Shown one piece after another: positions 49,811 to 60,763 of a stretch of DNA of 64,000 nucleotides. A model generated the notes under the pieces. The model ran no database searches. It was not told where the DNA came from and saw only the letters and a list, made by a program, of their open reading frames with translations. This DNA comes from a bacterium. GTDB taxonomy: Bacteria; Patescibacteriota; Dojkabacteria; JAKAPS01; JAJZLI01. The stretch's first letter is position 1; every line of letters begins with the position of its first letter. The stretch lies in assembly GCA_021791275.1 (NCBI GenBank), contig JAJYWX010000003.1, forward strand, positions 29,641 to 93,640, read 5' to 3'. Both the position numbers and the translations under genes were made by a program.

Positions 49811-50824
49811 TTAAAAATTCTCTCTAACTTTTTGCTCTATTTCTTTATAAAGATCTTTATCTTCCTTCAATAGTTCTTTAAGCGAATCTCTACCTTGTGC
49901 TAACTGTTTGTCTCCCATTCTAAACCAAGCCCCTGATCTTTCTAAGATTCCCATCGATACTGCAGTATCTATTAAAGCACTTTCCTTTGAAATCCCATCT
50001 GGAAAAATAATATCAAAGCTTGCTTCTTTAAAAGGAGGTGCAACTTTATTTTTTACAACCTTAGCAACAACATTATGCCCAATAACATTATCTCCTTTTG
50101 TTATTTTCTCCTTCCTTCTTATATCAATTCTAATAGAAGAATAGAATTTCAAAGCGTTTCCTCCTGTAGTAACTTCTGGAGATCCAAACATTACTCCAAT
50201 CTTTTGTCTTAATTGGTTTATAAATATCACAGTACAATTGGAGCGAGCAGATATAGATGTTAGCTTTCTCATTGCCTTTGACATTAACCTTGCCTGAAGA
50301 CCTATTGATGTATCTGACATCTCACCTTCTATTTCAGCCTTAGGAGTAAGAGCTGCGACTGAATCTACAACTACAACATCTATTGATCCTGAACGTATTA
50401 AAGTTTCAACAATCTCTAAAGCTTGTTCTCCATAATCAGGTTGAGATAAAAAAACTTCATCTATATTTACACCAATTCGTCTTGCATATTCTGGATCTAA
50501 GGCATGTTCAGCGTCTATATAGACTATTTTCCCACCCTTTTTTTGTGCTTCAGCTATAATATGTAATGCCAAGGTGGTTTTTCCTGAACTTTCTGGCCCA
50601 AATATTTCAATTATTCTTCCTCTTGGAATTCCTCCAACACCTAATGCATAGTCAAGAGAGATTGCTCCAGTGGAATATACCTCCACTTCCATGTTAGGCT
50701 TCTCTCCCCATTTCATGACAGATCCTTGTCCGAACTGCTTTTCTATTTGGGATAATGCTATTTTTAATGTCTCATCTTTATTGAAATCAAGCTTATCTGT
50801 AGTTTTTTTATCACTTTTAGCCAT
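49811..50824 (-). CDS. recA: Recombinase RecA
   Basis: Canonical RecA sequence (GPESSGKTT, Walker B, L1/L2 loops). Confidence 0.95.
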   Translation of the reverse strand: MAKSDKKTTDKLDFNKDETLKIALSQIEKQFGQGSVMKWGEKPNMEVEVYSTGAISLDYALGVGGIPRGRIIEIFGPESSGKTTLALHIIAEAQKKGGKIVYIDAEHALDPEYARRIGVNIDEVFLSQPDYGEQALEIVETLIRSGSIDVVVVDSVAALTPKAEIEGEMSDTSIGLQARLMSKAMRKLTSISARSNCTVIFINQLRQKIGVMFGSPEVTTGGNALKFYSSIRIDIRRKEKITKGDNVIGHNVVAKVVKNKVAPPFKEASFDIIFPDGISKESALIDTAVSMGILERSGAWFRMGDKQLAQGRDSLKELLKEDKDLYKEIEQKVRENF

Positions 50825-50887
50825 ATTAAAATATATATAATCTTAGATAAACCTATTATATCAAATAATCAAGTATATTTACAAAAA

Positions 50888-52207
50888 TCAATTAGATCTT
50901 TTAGATAGGTTTGCAAACTTTGCTTGTTCTTTTATAAATTTGATTTCTACTTGACCAACTGGACCATTTCTATGTTTTGAAACAATGACATCTGCAATAC
51001 CTTTTCTATCCGTATCCTGGTCATAAAGTTCTTCTCTATGAAGAAAGATTACAACATCTGCATCCTGCTCTATAGCACCAGATTCTCTTAAATCTGAGAG
51101 TTGAGGAATTTTTGAAGTCCTATTTTCAACAGCACGAGAAAGCTGAGATGCAGCAATAACAGGGACTTTTAATTCTCTAGCCATATTCTTTAAAAATCTA
51201 GATATTTCTGAAACCTCCTGAACCCTATTTTCCTTATTTGTTCCAGCTATAAGCTGTAAATAATCTACTATTATAAGATCAATATTTTTATCTATATCTA
51301 ATCTTCTTGCCTTAGTACTCATTTCCATAATGCTTTGCCCAGGAGTATCATCTATGTATAGATTGGCCTCTGAAAGCCTTCCCATGACATCAGCCAAATT
51401 TTCTAATTTAGATGAATCAAGGTGTCCCATCCTATAATCCCAAAGATTCATTTCTACTTGAGAAGATATTAGTCTATCTGTAAGCTCAGAATTAGACATC
51501 TCTAAAGAAAACATAGCAACATTCTTATTTCCTCTCAAAGAAGCATTTCTTGCTATATCTAAAAGAAAAGAGGTTTTCCCAACTGAAGGCCTTGCAGCAA
51601 CAATAATCAGGTTAGATTCTTGAAAACCTCCCAATATATTATCTAAATCTACAAAACCACTAACTATACCTCTAAGTTTATCCTTACTTTTCTCAATCTC
51701 TTCTGCCCTCTTATAACTTTCAGATAATAGCTCTTTTAATGGTATAAAATCAGTACTAATATTTGATGAAGAGACTCCAAAAAGTTTTTTTTCAGATTCA
51801 TTTATAACATCTGATATATTCTTGTTTTCATCAAAACTTAAATCCACTATATCTGCACCAGTCTTTATAAGTTCCCGCCTTATATATAATTCTTTGACTA
51901 AATTTCCATAATAAACAGCAGATAAAGCACCCGCTGTATTTTCTACTAATTCTGCTAAATAAACCTCTCCTCCTATTTTTGATAATAATTTCTTCTTAGA
52001 AAGGTAAGTTTTAACACTCATTATATCAACTGGTGAACCTTCCTGAAAAAGATTTACTATTGCATTATATATCTCTCTATTGGAATCGAAGTAAAAATAT
52101 TCTGGTTTTAAAAACTCAACAAGATCTAAAAGAGAATCTTTACTCATTAAAATAGCATTTAAACAAAGTTTTTCTGCTTCAAGATTTTGTGGTAATCTTT
52201 TGTCCAT
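50888..52207 (-). CDS. dnaB: Replicative DNA helicase DnaB
   Basis: N-terminal domain LPQNLEAEKLCLNAIL, Walker A ARPSVGKT and RecA-like C-terminal motifs. Confidence 0.9.
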   Translation of the reverse strand: MDKRLPQNLEAEKLCLNAILMSKDSLLDLVEFLKPEYFYFDSNREIYNAIVNLFQEGSPVDIMSVKTYLSKKKLLSKIGGEVYLAELVENTAGALSAVYYGNLVKELYIRRELIKTGADIVDLSFDENKNISDVINESEKKLFGVSSSNISTDFIPLKELLSESYKRAEEIEKSKDKLRGIVSGFVDLDNILGGFQESNLIIVAARPSVGKTSFLLDIARNASLRGNKNVAMFSLEMSNSELTDRLISSQVEMNLWDYRMGHLDSSKLENLADVMGRLSEANLYIDDTPGQSIMEMSTKARRLDIDKNIDLIIVDYLQLIAGTNKENRVQEVSEISRFLKNMARELKVPVIAASQLSRAVENRTSKIPQLSDLRESGAIEQDADVVIFLHREELYDQDTDRKGIADVIVSKHRNGPVGQVEIKFIKEQAKFANLSKRSN

Positions 52208-52902
52208 TAACTTTTAAAAACTACAACTTTCGTTTCTATATCTTCTTCTTCAAAATCCTTCTCATCTACCTCTAAGATATCTACTTCTTGAGGTGCTACG
52301 CCATACTCCTCTAGAAATTTATCTACACCTTCTAATGGTAAATCTTTAGTTTTTTCAGTTTTATAGTGCATTGGAATAACTATAGAGGGATTAATATCAT
52401 TTACTAATTCTACAGCTTCTTTATAATCTATTGTAAAGTGTCCCCCTACAGGAACAAAAAGTACATCTACAACAGATAGCTCTTCTAACTGCTCTTTTGT
52501 AAGTTTTTGTCCTAAATCCCCAAGATGTGCAAAATTAACTTTATTGAAATTTATTGAATAGATAGTATTAAAACCTCTATCTTGTCCTTTATTTTTGTCG
52601 TGATATGTTTCAATCCCTTGGACAATAACTTCCTTTACATCATACTCACCCGGATTACATATTTCAAAAGTATTCTCTCCTTTGTATTCTCTGTTGTTAT
52701 GATCTTGATGCTCATGAGTTATTAAAAGAATATCTGGATTTTTATTAAACTTTGGGGGATTCAAATCTGCAATTTTAGAATAAGGATCAATAAAAATACT
52801 TGTATCTTTATCATTTAATGTAAAAAAAGCTTGTGAAAAATATTTTATTGTGACTTTGCTCATCGTAAAGATGAGTATACCAAAATTCTCAACCTTAGAC
52901 AA
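52207..52902 (-). CDS. MBL-fold metal-dependent hydrolase (COG2220/UPF0173-like)
   Basis: HxHxDH motif LLITHEHQDHNN, plus distal His/Asp residues. Confidence 0.7.
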   Translation of the reverse strand: MSKVENFGILIFTMSKVTIKYFSQAFFTLNDKDTSIFIDPYSKIADLNPPKFNKNPDILLITHEHQDHNNREYKGENTFEICNPGEYDVKEVIVQGIETYHDKNKGQDRGFNTIYSINFNKVNFAHLGDLGQKLTKEQLEELSVVDVLFVPVGGHFTIDYKEAVELVNDINPSIVIPMHYKTEKTKDLPLEGVDKFLEEYGVAPQEVDILEVDEKDFEEEDIETKVVVFKS

Positions 52903-53229
52903 TCAATCGTCATACACTATACGTTCTGAAATGATTTTACCAGATTCATCTAGAACTTTTTCTACTACCCCACTATTGCACTTTATCCTTACAACAGTTT
53001 TGACACATACACCCTTATCAAAATACTCAGTCATCTCTATACCTCTATCATTCATATAGTATCTTTTTAAAAGAGTTTTATCCTCTCCAAACAATTCACA
53101 ATGACGAAATCCTGGTCCTTCAATTGATTTTGAAAATATACTTCCAGAAGGATATTTAATTATTTTTGTACAAAAATCTTCACTAGGAAAACCTTCTAAA
53201 TAACTAAGAGAATCATTTTCACAATTCAT
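52903..53229 (-). CDS. Hypothetical protein
   Basis: 108-aa ORF abutting the MBL gene. No recognisable motif. Confidence 0.3.
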   Translation of the reverse strand: MNCENDSLSYLEGFPSEDFCTKIIKYPSGSIFSKSIEGPGFRHCELFGEDKTLLKRYYMNDRGIEMTEYFDKGVCVKTVVRIKCNSGVVEKVLDESGKIISERIVYDD

Positions 53230-53308
53230 AAAAACACCCCCTCATCATATACTTTATGTATATAATTTAATTGATTGAAAATCAATAGGAAAAGAGTATG
53301 GGAAGAAT

Positions 53309-53740
53309 TTAAACTCTATTTAGTGTTTTTCCAGATTTTCTACTAAAAGATTTTATCTTCCCTGACAATCTTTTTATATAAAGCAAATCTTCAAACGGAA
53401 TATTTTCAGTTATCTGTAATGTATTAATAACTTTTTTCCCTTTAACTATTAGAATTTCAACACGATTATCATCTGTAATTCTGAATGAAATCCCATCAAA
53501 CTCGCATTCTTCATCCAAAGAAAAAATTCTTCTTATCTCTCCGTTATTTAAAGATATAGGTGGCATGAAAAAAACTTGTGTGAATTTACCTTCATAGTCA
53601 GGATAATAATATGGACTTACATCTCCATTACACTCAGGCTGTATACATTTTAAAGAGTCATCTACATCATCTCGTATTCTTGAAATTACTACCCCTTTGG
53701 GTATTTCAGTAAAATCTTTAAACCTTTCTTGTAAGTTCAT
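53309..53740 (-). CDS. Hypothetical protein
   Basis: 143-aa ORF. Soluble, with no recognisable motif. Confidence 0.3.
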   Translation of the reverse strand: MNLQERFKDFTEIPKGVVISRIRDDVDDSLKCIQPECNGDVSPYYYPDYEGKFTQVFFMPPISLNNGEIRRIFSLDEECEFDGISFRITDDNRVEILIVKGKKVINTLQITENIPFEDLLYIKRLSGKIKSFSRKSGKTLNRV

Positions 53741-53824
53741 AGGAGAGTATTATAACACCTGAAATATTTAAAATACAATAACTCCAATCCATAAATTAAA
53801 ATGTTTATTTAATAAGAAATTGAA

Positions 53825-54499
53825 TTAATTTGGATACGATTTTATTTCTAAAATCAGTTTTGACAAATTTTCCTTATAACTTGAAAGATATACCTGATAT
53901 TTAATACCTTCATATTTTCCATAAAAAAAACATTCATTACCAAAAGTATAGATCTTCTTTACAATCTCATTTCCAGACCAGGCAAGAAATTCTTTTTTTG
54001 CAATTGTACAAGCATGTTCTCTTGTTAATTTTGTTTCCCAAACCCTTTCTCCATAAGGAGGGTTTGAATAAAAAGAGGTTTGCTTCCTTATTCCATAAAC
54101 ATTATCAGAAACACTTGTAAATGTGTTTGGTAAATTTATTGTATTTAATCCATTATCTATTAATTTTTCAGGATAATATCTTTGATTAGAATAGTAAAAT
54201 CCAAAAATAACAGTTATTAGACAAAATAAAAACATAATCAATACTAAATATATATATTTTTTACTATTCTTAGATATTAACCAGAATATAAAACCCAAAA
54301 AAGATATAAGTATTATTAAATATGAAACATCTAGCCAAACTCCATTTACATAATTTATGAATTTTTGATAATCGTTGAGGGAATATGAGATTCTATTAAA
54401 TAGAACATAAAAATAAAGTAAAATTCCAGATAACCAAGAGGTAAATATTAGAATAACAGCAACTCTTCTGGAGAAAATTTTTTCTTTATTAAACTTCAT
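53825..54499 (-). CDS. Hypothetical membrane protein (3-4 TM) with C-terminal soluble domain
   Basis: The start is placed at the MKFNKEK methionine so it does not overlap the divergent rpmE gene. The longer ORF would end at 54604. Confidence 0.35.
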   Translation of the reverse strand: MKFNKEKIFSRRVAVILIFTSWLSGILLYFYVLFNRISYSLNDYQKFINYVNGVWLDVSYLIILISFLGFIFWLISKNSKKYIYLVLIMFLFCLITVIFGFYYSNQRYYPEKLIDNGLNTINLPNTFTSVSDNVYGIRKQTSFYSNPPYGERVWETKLTREHACTIAKKEFLAWSGNEIVKKIYTFGNECFFYGKYEGIKYQVYLSSYKENLSKLILEIKSYPN

Positions 54500-54550
54500 A
54501 TTAAATCTATTATATACCCACATTAAAAATTTTAATAATTCAAATTGATT

Positions 54551-54577
54551 TACAGTTAAAAAAAAATTCTGTATAAT
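54551..54577 (+). promoter_or_regulatory. Extended -10 promoter (TTACAG, 16 nt spacer, TGTATAAT) for rpmE, with a near-leaderless transcript
   Basis: TGTATAAT at 54570-54577, only 9 nt before the rpmE ATG, and TTACAG at 54550-54555. Confidence 0.4.
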
Positions 54578-54586
54578 GATTGGGTC

Positions 54587-54907
54587 ATGAAAAAAAATAT
54601 ACACCCAGAATACAAAGATATTAAGGTAACATGCCTTTGTGGTAACGTTATGAATTTAAAATCAACATCAGGTGATTTGAATGTAGAACTTTGCTATAAA
54701 TGTCACCCGTTCTATACAGGAGAGCAAAAGATAGTTGATACAGCAAATAGGGTAAAGAGCTTTACTCAGAAATCTAAGATTGCTGAGAAAATGAAAAGTG
54801 AGATGTTAAAAAAGAAAGAGAAGAAAGAGAGTAAAAATATAAATAAAGATAAAAAAGAAAATAATATACTCACTCTTAGAGACATGATGAATGCTTTAGA
54901 AAAATAA
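54587..54907 (+). CDS. rpmE: 50S ribosomal protein L31 (with Lys/Glu-rich C-terminal tail)
   Basis: [20 protein letters not shown]...[10 protein letters not shown] is the zinc-ribbon L31 type A pattern. Confidence 0.85.
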   Translation: MKKNIHPEYKDIKVTCLCGNVMNLKSTSGDLNVELCYKCHPFYTGEQKIVDTANRVKSFTQKSKIAEKMKSEMLKKKEKKESKNINKDKKENNILTLRDMMNALEK

Positions 54908-54910
54908 AGT

Positions 54911-55921
54911 ATGGATCAAAACAAATACTTAGATTATAAAGAGAAATTATCTAAGTTAAACCAACAAATTAAAGATAATCCAAAAGAAATAGAAAATTTA
55001 GCTGACGAATATAATGAAGCTATAACTTTTGTTAATGATTTTGAAGAAATATCCAGATTAAATACTCAAATAGAAAACAATCTTACTATAAAAGATCCTG
55101 AACTACTAAATATAATAAAGGATGAAAATAAAAATTTAGAGAAAAGAATTTATCAAATTAAAAATAAATATAATCCTTCAAATATAAATGATTCAAAAAA
55201 TATAATATTAGAGATAAGAGCGGGCACAGGAGGAGATGAGGCAGGGTTATTTGTAAAAGATATGTATGAAGTATATAAAAAGTATATTGAATCTAAAGGA
55301 TGGAAGCTAAATATATTAGATATATCATATAACGAATCATCTGGAATAAAACAAATAATAGCATCTGTTAAAGGTAATATGGTTTATGGTAATTTCAAAT
55401 TTGAAAGTGGGGTACATAGAGTTCAGAGAGTTCCAAAAACTGAAAGTGGAGGCAGAATACATACCTCAACAATATCAGTTGTGGTATTGCCAGAAATACA
55501 ACCTAAAGATTTAGAAATAAGTGAGAAAGATTTAAAATTTGATTACTTCAGAGCCTCTGGTGCTGGTGGGCAACATGTAAATAAAACTGAATCTGCAGTA
55601 AGAATTACTCATATACCAACAGGAATTATTGCAGTATCTCAGGCAACTCCATCTCAGCTTCAAAATAAGCAGACTGCAATGGAGGTACTCAGATCAAAAC
55701 TTTATTCAAAAATACATGAAGAAAATTTAGAAAAAAATTCTAAAGAAAGATTATCACAAATAGCTGGAAGCAAAAGATCTGAAAAAATTAGAACATATAA
55801 TTTTCTACAAGATAGAATTACTGACCATAGATTAGGAAAAGCAGAAAACTTTCATATCTCAGACATATTTGAAAAAAACAAACTTCAAGAACTTATAGAT
55901 AAAATAAAAAATGAAAATTGA
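54911..55921 (+). CDS. prfA: Peptide chain release factor 1
   Basis: PxT-type motif (PKT) and GGQ motif (SGAGGQHVNKTESAVRITHIPTG). Confidence 0.9.
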   Translation: MDQNKYLDYKEKLSKLNQQIKDNPKEIENLADEYNEAITFVNDFEEISRLNTQIENNLTIKDPELLNIIKDENKNLEKRIYQIKNKYNPSNINDSKNIILEIRAGTGGDEAGLFVKDMYEVYKKYIESKGWKLNILDISYNESSGIKQIIASVKGNMVYGNFKFESGVHRVQRVPKTESGGRIHTSTISVVVLPEIQPKDLEISEKDLKFDYFRASGAGGQHVNKTESAVRITHIPTGIIAVSQATPSQLQNKQTAMEVLRSKLYSKIHEENLEKNSKERLSQIAGSKRSEKIRTYNFLQDRITDHRLGKAENFHISDIFEKNKLQELIDKIKNEN

Positions 55922-56654
55922 GGATATATTAAGGTCTAATAACCAAGATCTTATAAGATTAGTAAAATATGTAACAAAAAAGGATCCATATAAAAATACT
56001 GAATATAATATTAATAAGAATGAAATTCAGAGAATAAAGAAATTAAAAAAAAGAATAGGTAAAAATGAACCTATTGAATATATAATTAAAAAAGCATATT
56101 TTTCAAAATATGAATTCCTAGTCAATAAGAACACATTAATACCAAGAGTAGAGACACAGATTATACTCGAATACCTAAAAAATTATAAAAATATACTTGA
56201 TTTAGGATGTGGATCTGGAGCCGTTGGCATATCAATAAAAAGAAACAACCTTAAAATAAATGTTACACTTTCTGATATATCAGAAAAAGCATTATATATT
56301 GCAAGAAAAAATGCACAAAATTTAGATATAAAAATAATAAAATCAGATCTTTTAAAAAATATCAAAAATATTAATATATATGATTGTATATTTGCAAATC
56401 TTCCATATATCAAAGATTTTGACTCTTTACCATATTCTGTAAGACTCTATGAGCCTAAAATAGCCCTTATAGGTGGAGGTAAGCATGGTCTTGAAAAGAT
56501 AGAAAATCTAATAAATCAAATAGAAGAAAGGAAATGGAAAGGGGATCTTTATTTAGAAGTTGACCCTTTCCAAATAAAATATATAAAAAAGAAAAATTTT
56601 ATAATAAAAGATCAATATGGAAAAAATAGGTTTATAAAAATTATTTTCAAGTAG
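55911..56654 (+). CDS. prmC: Release factor glutamine N5-methyltransferase PrmC (HemK)
   Basis: SAM motif LDLGCGSGAVG and the NPPY-type motif FANLPYI. Overlaps the prfA stop. Confidence 0.8.
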   Translation: MKIEDILRSNNQDLIRLVKYVTKKDPYKNTEYNINKNEIQRIKKLKKRIGKNEPIEYIIKKAYFSKYEFLVNKNTLIPRVETQIILEYLKNYKNILDLGCGSGAVGISIKRNNLKINVTLSDISEKALYIARKNAQNLDIKIIKSDLLKNIKNINIYDCIFANLPYIKDFDSLPYSVRLYEPKIALIGGGKHGLEKIENLINQIEERKWKGDLYLEVDPFQIKYIKKKNFIIKDQYGKNRFIKIIFK

Positions 56655-57858
56655 CACCTTTAACTTCTATTGCTTTTTGGAGCTGTGTATCAATACCCTT
56701 TTCAAATTCTTTTGCAGAAAATTTAACTTTCACATTAGGTATTATTGGATTCTGAGGAGTAATCCACCTACCTGAAGGAAGTAACCAATGCTTTGTTGTA
56801 AGTACCAATAATGCCCCATCAGAGAAATTATATACATTTTGAGCAGTCCCTTTACCATATGTATTCTCTCCTACTACAACAGCTCTATGATAATATTGCA
56901 AAGCCCCTGTAAAGATTTCTGCAGAAGATGCAGTTTCACCATTTACAAGTATAACTAAAGGTGTATTTTGAAGATTACCTTGATAATTTGTATCAAACTG
57001 CTGGATACCCCCTCCCCTACTTTCTTGTTCAGCGACTAAACTTCCTTGAGGCAAAAATTCACCTGCAGCATACACAGCTGCATCAAAATAACCTCCAGGA
57101 TTCCCTCTTAAATCTAAGATAATTTTTGAAGGATTCTCTGCTTCAACTTTTGACATTGTACTTGAGAAAGAATTTTCCCATTGTGATAATGTTGAATCTG
57201 AAAATCTTAAAATTTGAACATCCACTACTCCATTCCCAAGATTCTTTACCACTTCGCTGGATACATGAATATTTTGTCTTTCTATTTTATAATTTTTAAA
57301 ATTACCATTTATTGTATCTATTCCCAAAGTTAAATAAGTCCCACTTTTACCTCTAACATCATTTACTAAAGTGTTTATATTGGAAATATTCTTTCCATTA
57401 AAAGTTTTTATTATATCTCCATCCTCAAGGCCAGCTTTTTGTGCTGGAGTATTTGGTAAGACCTCATTTATAATAATATTTCCTGAATGATTGAACCCTA
57501 AAGCAACACCTATTCCAGCAAAGGAATTACCAGATATTGCATCATAATACTGAGATGCTTGAGAAGGTGAAAAAAATAAAGTATGAGGATCTCCTAATGA
57601 GTTTACCATACCATTTATAGCACCATAATATAACTTTTTATTATTTAAATTCTCATAATAATAATCTGTATGTATTACATTCCAAACATTATTAAAAAGA
57701 TTTGGGTTTATACCATTTGATGAAAGAGGACTTGATATATTGCTTTGGGTAAAAAATGATGAAGGAGAAAAATTAGAACCTGCCCAAAATCCTATTGCAA
57801 GGCAAACTATCGCAAGCAGAGATACTGTAATATATTTATTAAAAAGAATATTTTTCAT
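56647..57858 (-). CDS. Carboxyl-terminal processing protease (peptidase S41, CtpA-like) with PDZ domain
   Basis: N-terminal TM, PDZ segment (GDIIKTFNGK) and the S41 core (GNPGGYFDAAV..., GETASSAEIF..., YGKGT). Confidence 0.8.
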   Translation of the reverse strand: MKNILFNKYITVSLLAIVCLAIGFWAGSNFSPSSFFTQSNISSPLSSNGINPNLFNNVWNVIHTDYYYENLNNKKLYYGAINGMVNSLGDPHTLFFSPSQASQYYDAISGNSFAGIGVALGFNHSGNIIINEVLPNTPAQKAGLEDGDIIKTFNGKNISNINTLVNDVRGKSGTYLTLGIDTINGNFKNYKIERQNIHVSSEVVKNLGNGVVDVQILRFSDSTLSQWENSFSSTMSKVEAENPSKIILDLRGNPGGYFDAAVYAAGEFLPQGSLVAEQESRGGGIQQFDTNYQGNLQNTPLVILVNGETASSAEIFTGALQYYHRAVVVGENTYGKGTAQNVYNFSDGALLVLTTKHWLLPSGRWITPQNPIIPNVKVKFSAKEFEKGIDTQLQKAIEVKGAT

Positions 57859-58862
57859 TAATCTTCAATTATACCAACAATGTCATCAATTTGTATATTA
57901 ACATTATTCCCGTTATCTAGATTTAGATTACACTCTTTACCTATGGAATTTATTGAATTTACCCTTCCTGTATATCCCCAATAAGGATACGAAAATATTT
58001 GAACTTTATCAGAAACTTCTACTTTTTTTATATCAAAAAGTTTATCATCTCTTTTTGACTTATTATCCGATATAACAAAGGCCATATTTGATTGATCTAT
58101 AAAAGCGGGAGATTTGTGATTCTTTTCAAGAGAGTAAAAACAAGAATTCTCAATTACACCAAACCCATCCGTAACTCCAACAGTTATTGGAATAGAATTT
58201 ACAAAATCTTCAATACTTTCATTGTTCCTCAGTTCTATACCATTACCCATTATCCCTACAACACCAACAGCCACAGATTTTTTGATAATCTCCATAGTTA
58301 TTAAATTACCTACATATATTATATCTCCAATAACAGAGGCATTGATATTTTCTAAATTCAAAAATCCTTTGTTATCACATAAATATCGAAAATTTGCCTC
58401 TGTGCTAGGTCCAAAAATATATCTTAAATCTATTTTCAATACTGGAGAATCTATTACAACCCTACTTTTATCATCTGATATATATGATACTGTACCAGAT
58501 ATTTTGGATATATTTACTATATCTTCTGGATATGATTTTACTAAAATAAAACCAGAAGGAAGATGAGATAAATCGACTATACCATCTACAGGCGCCTCTA
58601 TTTGTTTTTTCCTTTTTTTAATAATCGGATCACCCTTATGAACAATTTCTCCATTTTCAACTAGAACATATTTCACAAAATTAGTGGAAAAATCAGAAAC
58701 TTTTATCCTATATGACATCTTACTAATATGTCCTTTAGATATAACAGTATCATCAGATATAATATCATTTAAAGATACCATAAGATGAGTATCAGGATCT
58801 ATAAATCTTGAATATTTATAACTATGTATGTATGCTATTTTTTTTAAAAAAACTATCTCCAT
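57858..58862 (-). CDS. Hypothetical protein (334 aa)
   Basis: Intact ORF that overlaps the S41 protease gene by 1 nt. No recognisable motif. Confidence 0.4.
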   Translation of the reverse strand: MEIVFLKKIAYIHSYKYSRFIDPDTHLMVSLNDIISDDTVISKGHISKMSYRIKVSDFSTNFVKYVLVENGEIVHKGDPIIKKRKKQIEAPVDGIVDLSHLPSGFILVKSYPEDIVNISKISGTVSYISDDKSRVVIDSPVLKIDLRYIFGPSTEANFRYLCDNKGFLNLENINASVIGDIIYVGNLITMEIIKKSVAVGVVGIMGNGIELRNNESIEDFVNSIPITVGVTDGFGVIENSCFYSLEKNHKSPAFIDQSNMAFVISDNKSKRDDKLFDIKKVEVSDKVQIFSYPYWGYTGRVNSINSIGKECNLNLDNGNNVNIQIDDIVGIIED

Positions 58863-58865
58863 AAT

Positions 58866-59990
58866 TTAAAAAACTAAATCCTGAGAATTTTCTATCCAAC
58901 GAGATATTTCGATAGGAGTTAATTTATCAATATCCTTAGTATATATAAACACCTTACTTTTTGATATTAACTCAACATCTCCTCTTTTATTCCCTATGGA
59001 TACTCCATTAGGAAGTTTTATAGTTATATGTGCTGTACCATTAACAGGTATATTTATAAGATCATTCAGCTTAACATTTATTTCCTTAACACTTTCATCA
59101 TCTATAACTTTTATAGGAATAATTAGAGATTCATTTTCTTTTTTATCAAAACTAATATGGAATACATCTCCTATATGATTAATTTTAGAGAATATATAAT
59201 CATCAGGGAGAATGCCTAAAAAAGGAAAAATATTTGAATTATCTGTATAAAGAGATATTATTCCTCGTATATCAAGTCCATATAGAAGCGAGAATATTGC
59301 ATAATTGCTATCAGATAGAAATTGATATATATCACCACTAAGTATAAATATAGGGACAGAGTCCTGAGGTTCAAAAGAGAATGATGAAAGTAAATTTTTA
59401 TTTAAAGTTGAAATTATTGGTAAAAACAACTCTTCTCGGTAGGACAAAGATTGTTTTGTTAAAGCATTATAAAGGTTATATTTTTTAATTTTTCCATTAA
59501 GTATTGAAAATTGAGAAAAATCTTTGATTTTGAATAATTCATCGTACATAAAATCAAAAGTTTTTTTAGAACTTGTGAAATTTATATTCCCTGATATGAA
59601 AATATTATCTCTTGATACATTAACTACAAAACAAGGTATATCATAAAACTTTTTTGCAAAATACTTTGTTTTATCATTTAAAAAATTCTGATCAATATTT
59701 ATAACCTTTTCTGTGATTTTCAAAAGATCTTTTTTAAAAAAATCCAAAGATGTATAAATTTCAATGTTAAGATCATCATCGGGAGAATGATAACTAAAAT
59801 TATAAAGTAAAACCTTTATAAATTTATTAATGAATAAAACTCTGTCAAAAAGGGGATTAAAAAATTCTTGGACTAAAGATATTTTTTTTGATGATAATAC
59901 TTGTCCATCAAAAAAGATAAAACCTTTTATATAAAAATTATCTATTGATATTATTATTTTATAATTCTCTCTCCTATCTTTATTTTCCAT
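58866..59990 (-). CDS. Hypothetical protein (374 aa)
   Basis: Intact ORF 21 nt downstream of rpsR. No recognisable motif. Confidence 0.4.
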   Translation of the reverse strand: MENKDRRENYKIIISIDNFYIKGFIFFDGQVLSSKKISLVQEFFNPLFDRVLFINKFIKVLLYNFSYHSPDDDLNIEIYTSLDFFKKDLLKITEKVINIDQNFLNDKTKYFAKKFYDIPCFVVNVSRDNIFISGNINFTSSKKTFDFMYDELFKIKDFSQFSILNGKIKKYNLYNALTKQSLSYREELFLPIISTLNKNLLSSFSFEPQDSVPIFILSGDIYQFLSDSNYAIFSLLYGLDIRGIISLYTDNSNIFPFLGILPDDYIFSKINHIGDVFHISFDKKENESLIIPIKVIDDESVKEINVKLNDLINIPVNGTAHITIKLPNGVSIGNKRGDVELISKSKVFIYTKDIDKLTPIEISRWIENSQDLVF

Positions 59991-60011
59991 TTTTTGGGCA
60001 GATGTATTTTT

Positions 60012-60266
60012 TTATTCAGTAGAACTAAAAGGCATTAAGGCTACTATTCTTGCACGCTTAATTGCCCTAGTAACATTCCTTTGGTGTTTACTACAATTCC
60101 CAGATCTGAATCTAGAGATTATCTTACCTTTTCTTGATACAAATTTCTTTAATCTATAAATATCAAGGTATGAAACCTCATCAATACCATTAGCACAAAG
60201 GGAACAAGTTGATAATCTTTTATTTAATTTCTTCTTATTTTTATTTCTTTTAACAAATTGAGCCAT
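60012..60266 (-). CDS. rpsR: 30S ribosomal protein S18
   Basis: CSLCANGIDEVSYLDIYRLKKFVSRKGKIISR...TRAIKRARIVALMPF. Confidence 0.9.
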   Translation of the reverse strand: MAQFVKRNKNKKKLNKRLSTCSLCANGIDEVSYLDIYRLKKFVSRKGKIISRFRSGNCSKHQRNVTRAIKRARIVALMPFSSTE

Positions 60267-60269
60267 AAT

Positions 60270-60743
60270 TTAAAAAGGTAAATCATCAATTGAATCAACT
60301 ATATCTTCATCTTTGACATTGTCTTCTGAAGGTTTAGAAGCTTTTTTACTTTTTTTAGGAGTATCATTAACTACCCCCTCATCCATATCAGCAATATCTA
60401 CATCTTTAGATAAAGGAGAAAGTACTACCATATTATCTGCTCTAATCTCAGTTTTATTGTAATTAACTCCATCTTTTTCCCACTTTCTATTCCTTATTTC
60501 ACCTTCTATAAAAACCTTTGTTCCAACTTTTAATAATTGAGAACATATTTCAGCTAGTTTGTTCCAAGCCACAATATTATGGAATTCTGCTACTTCTTGT
60601 ACATTTCCGTCAGAATCTTTCCAAGAACTATTTGTAGCCACAGAAAAGCTACATACTGGATTTCCATTTGGGGTATATCTTAACTCAGGATCCCTTGTTA
60701 AGTTTCCAATTAAAAGTGCTTTATTTAATGATCTTGATGCCAT
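60270..60743 (-). CDS. ssb: Single-stranded DNA-binding protein
   Basis: OB-fold N-terminus (LNKALLIGNLTRDPELRYTPNG) and acidic C-terminal tip DDLPF. Confidence 0.9.
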   Translation of the reverse strand: MASRSLNKALLIGNLTRDPELRYTPNGNPVCSFSVATNSSWKDSDGNVQEVAEFHNIVAWNKLAEICSQLLKVGTKVFIEGEIRNRKWEKDGVNYNKTEIRADNMVVLSPLSKDVDIADMDEGVVNDTPKKSKKASKPSEDNVKDEDIVDSIDDLPF

Positions 60744-60763
60744 AATTTTATATATAAAATAAA

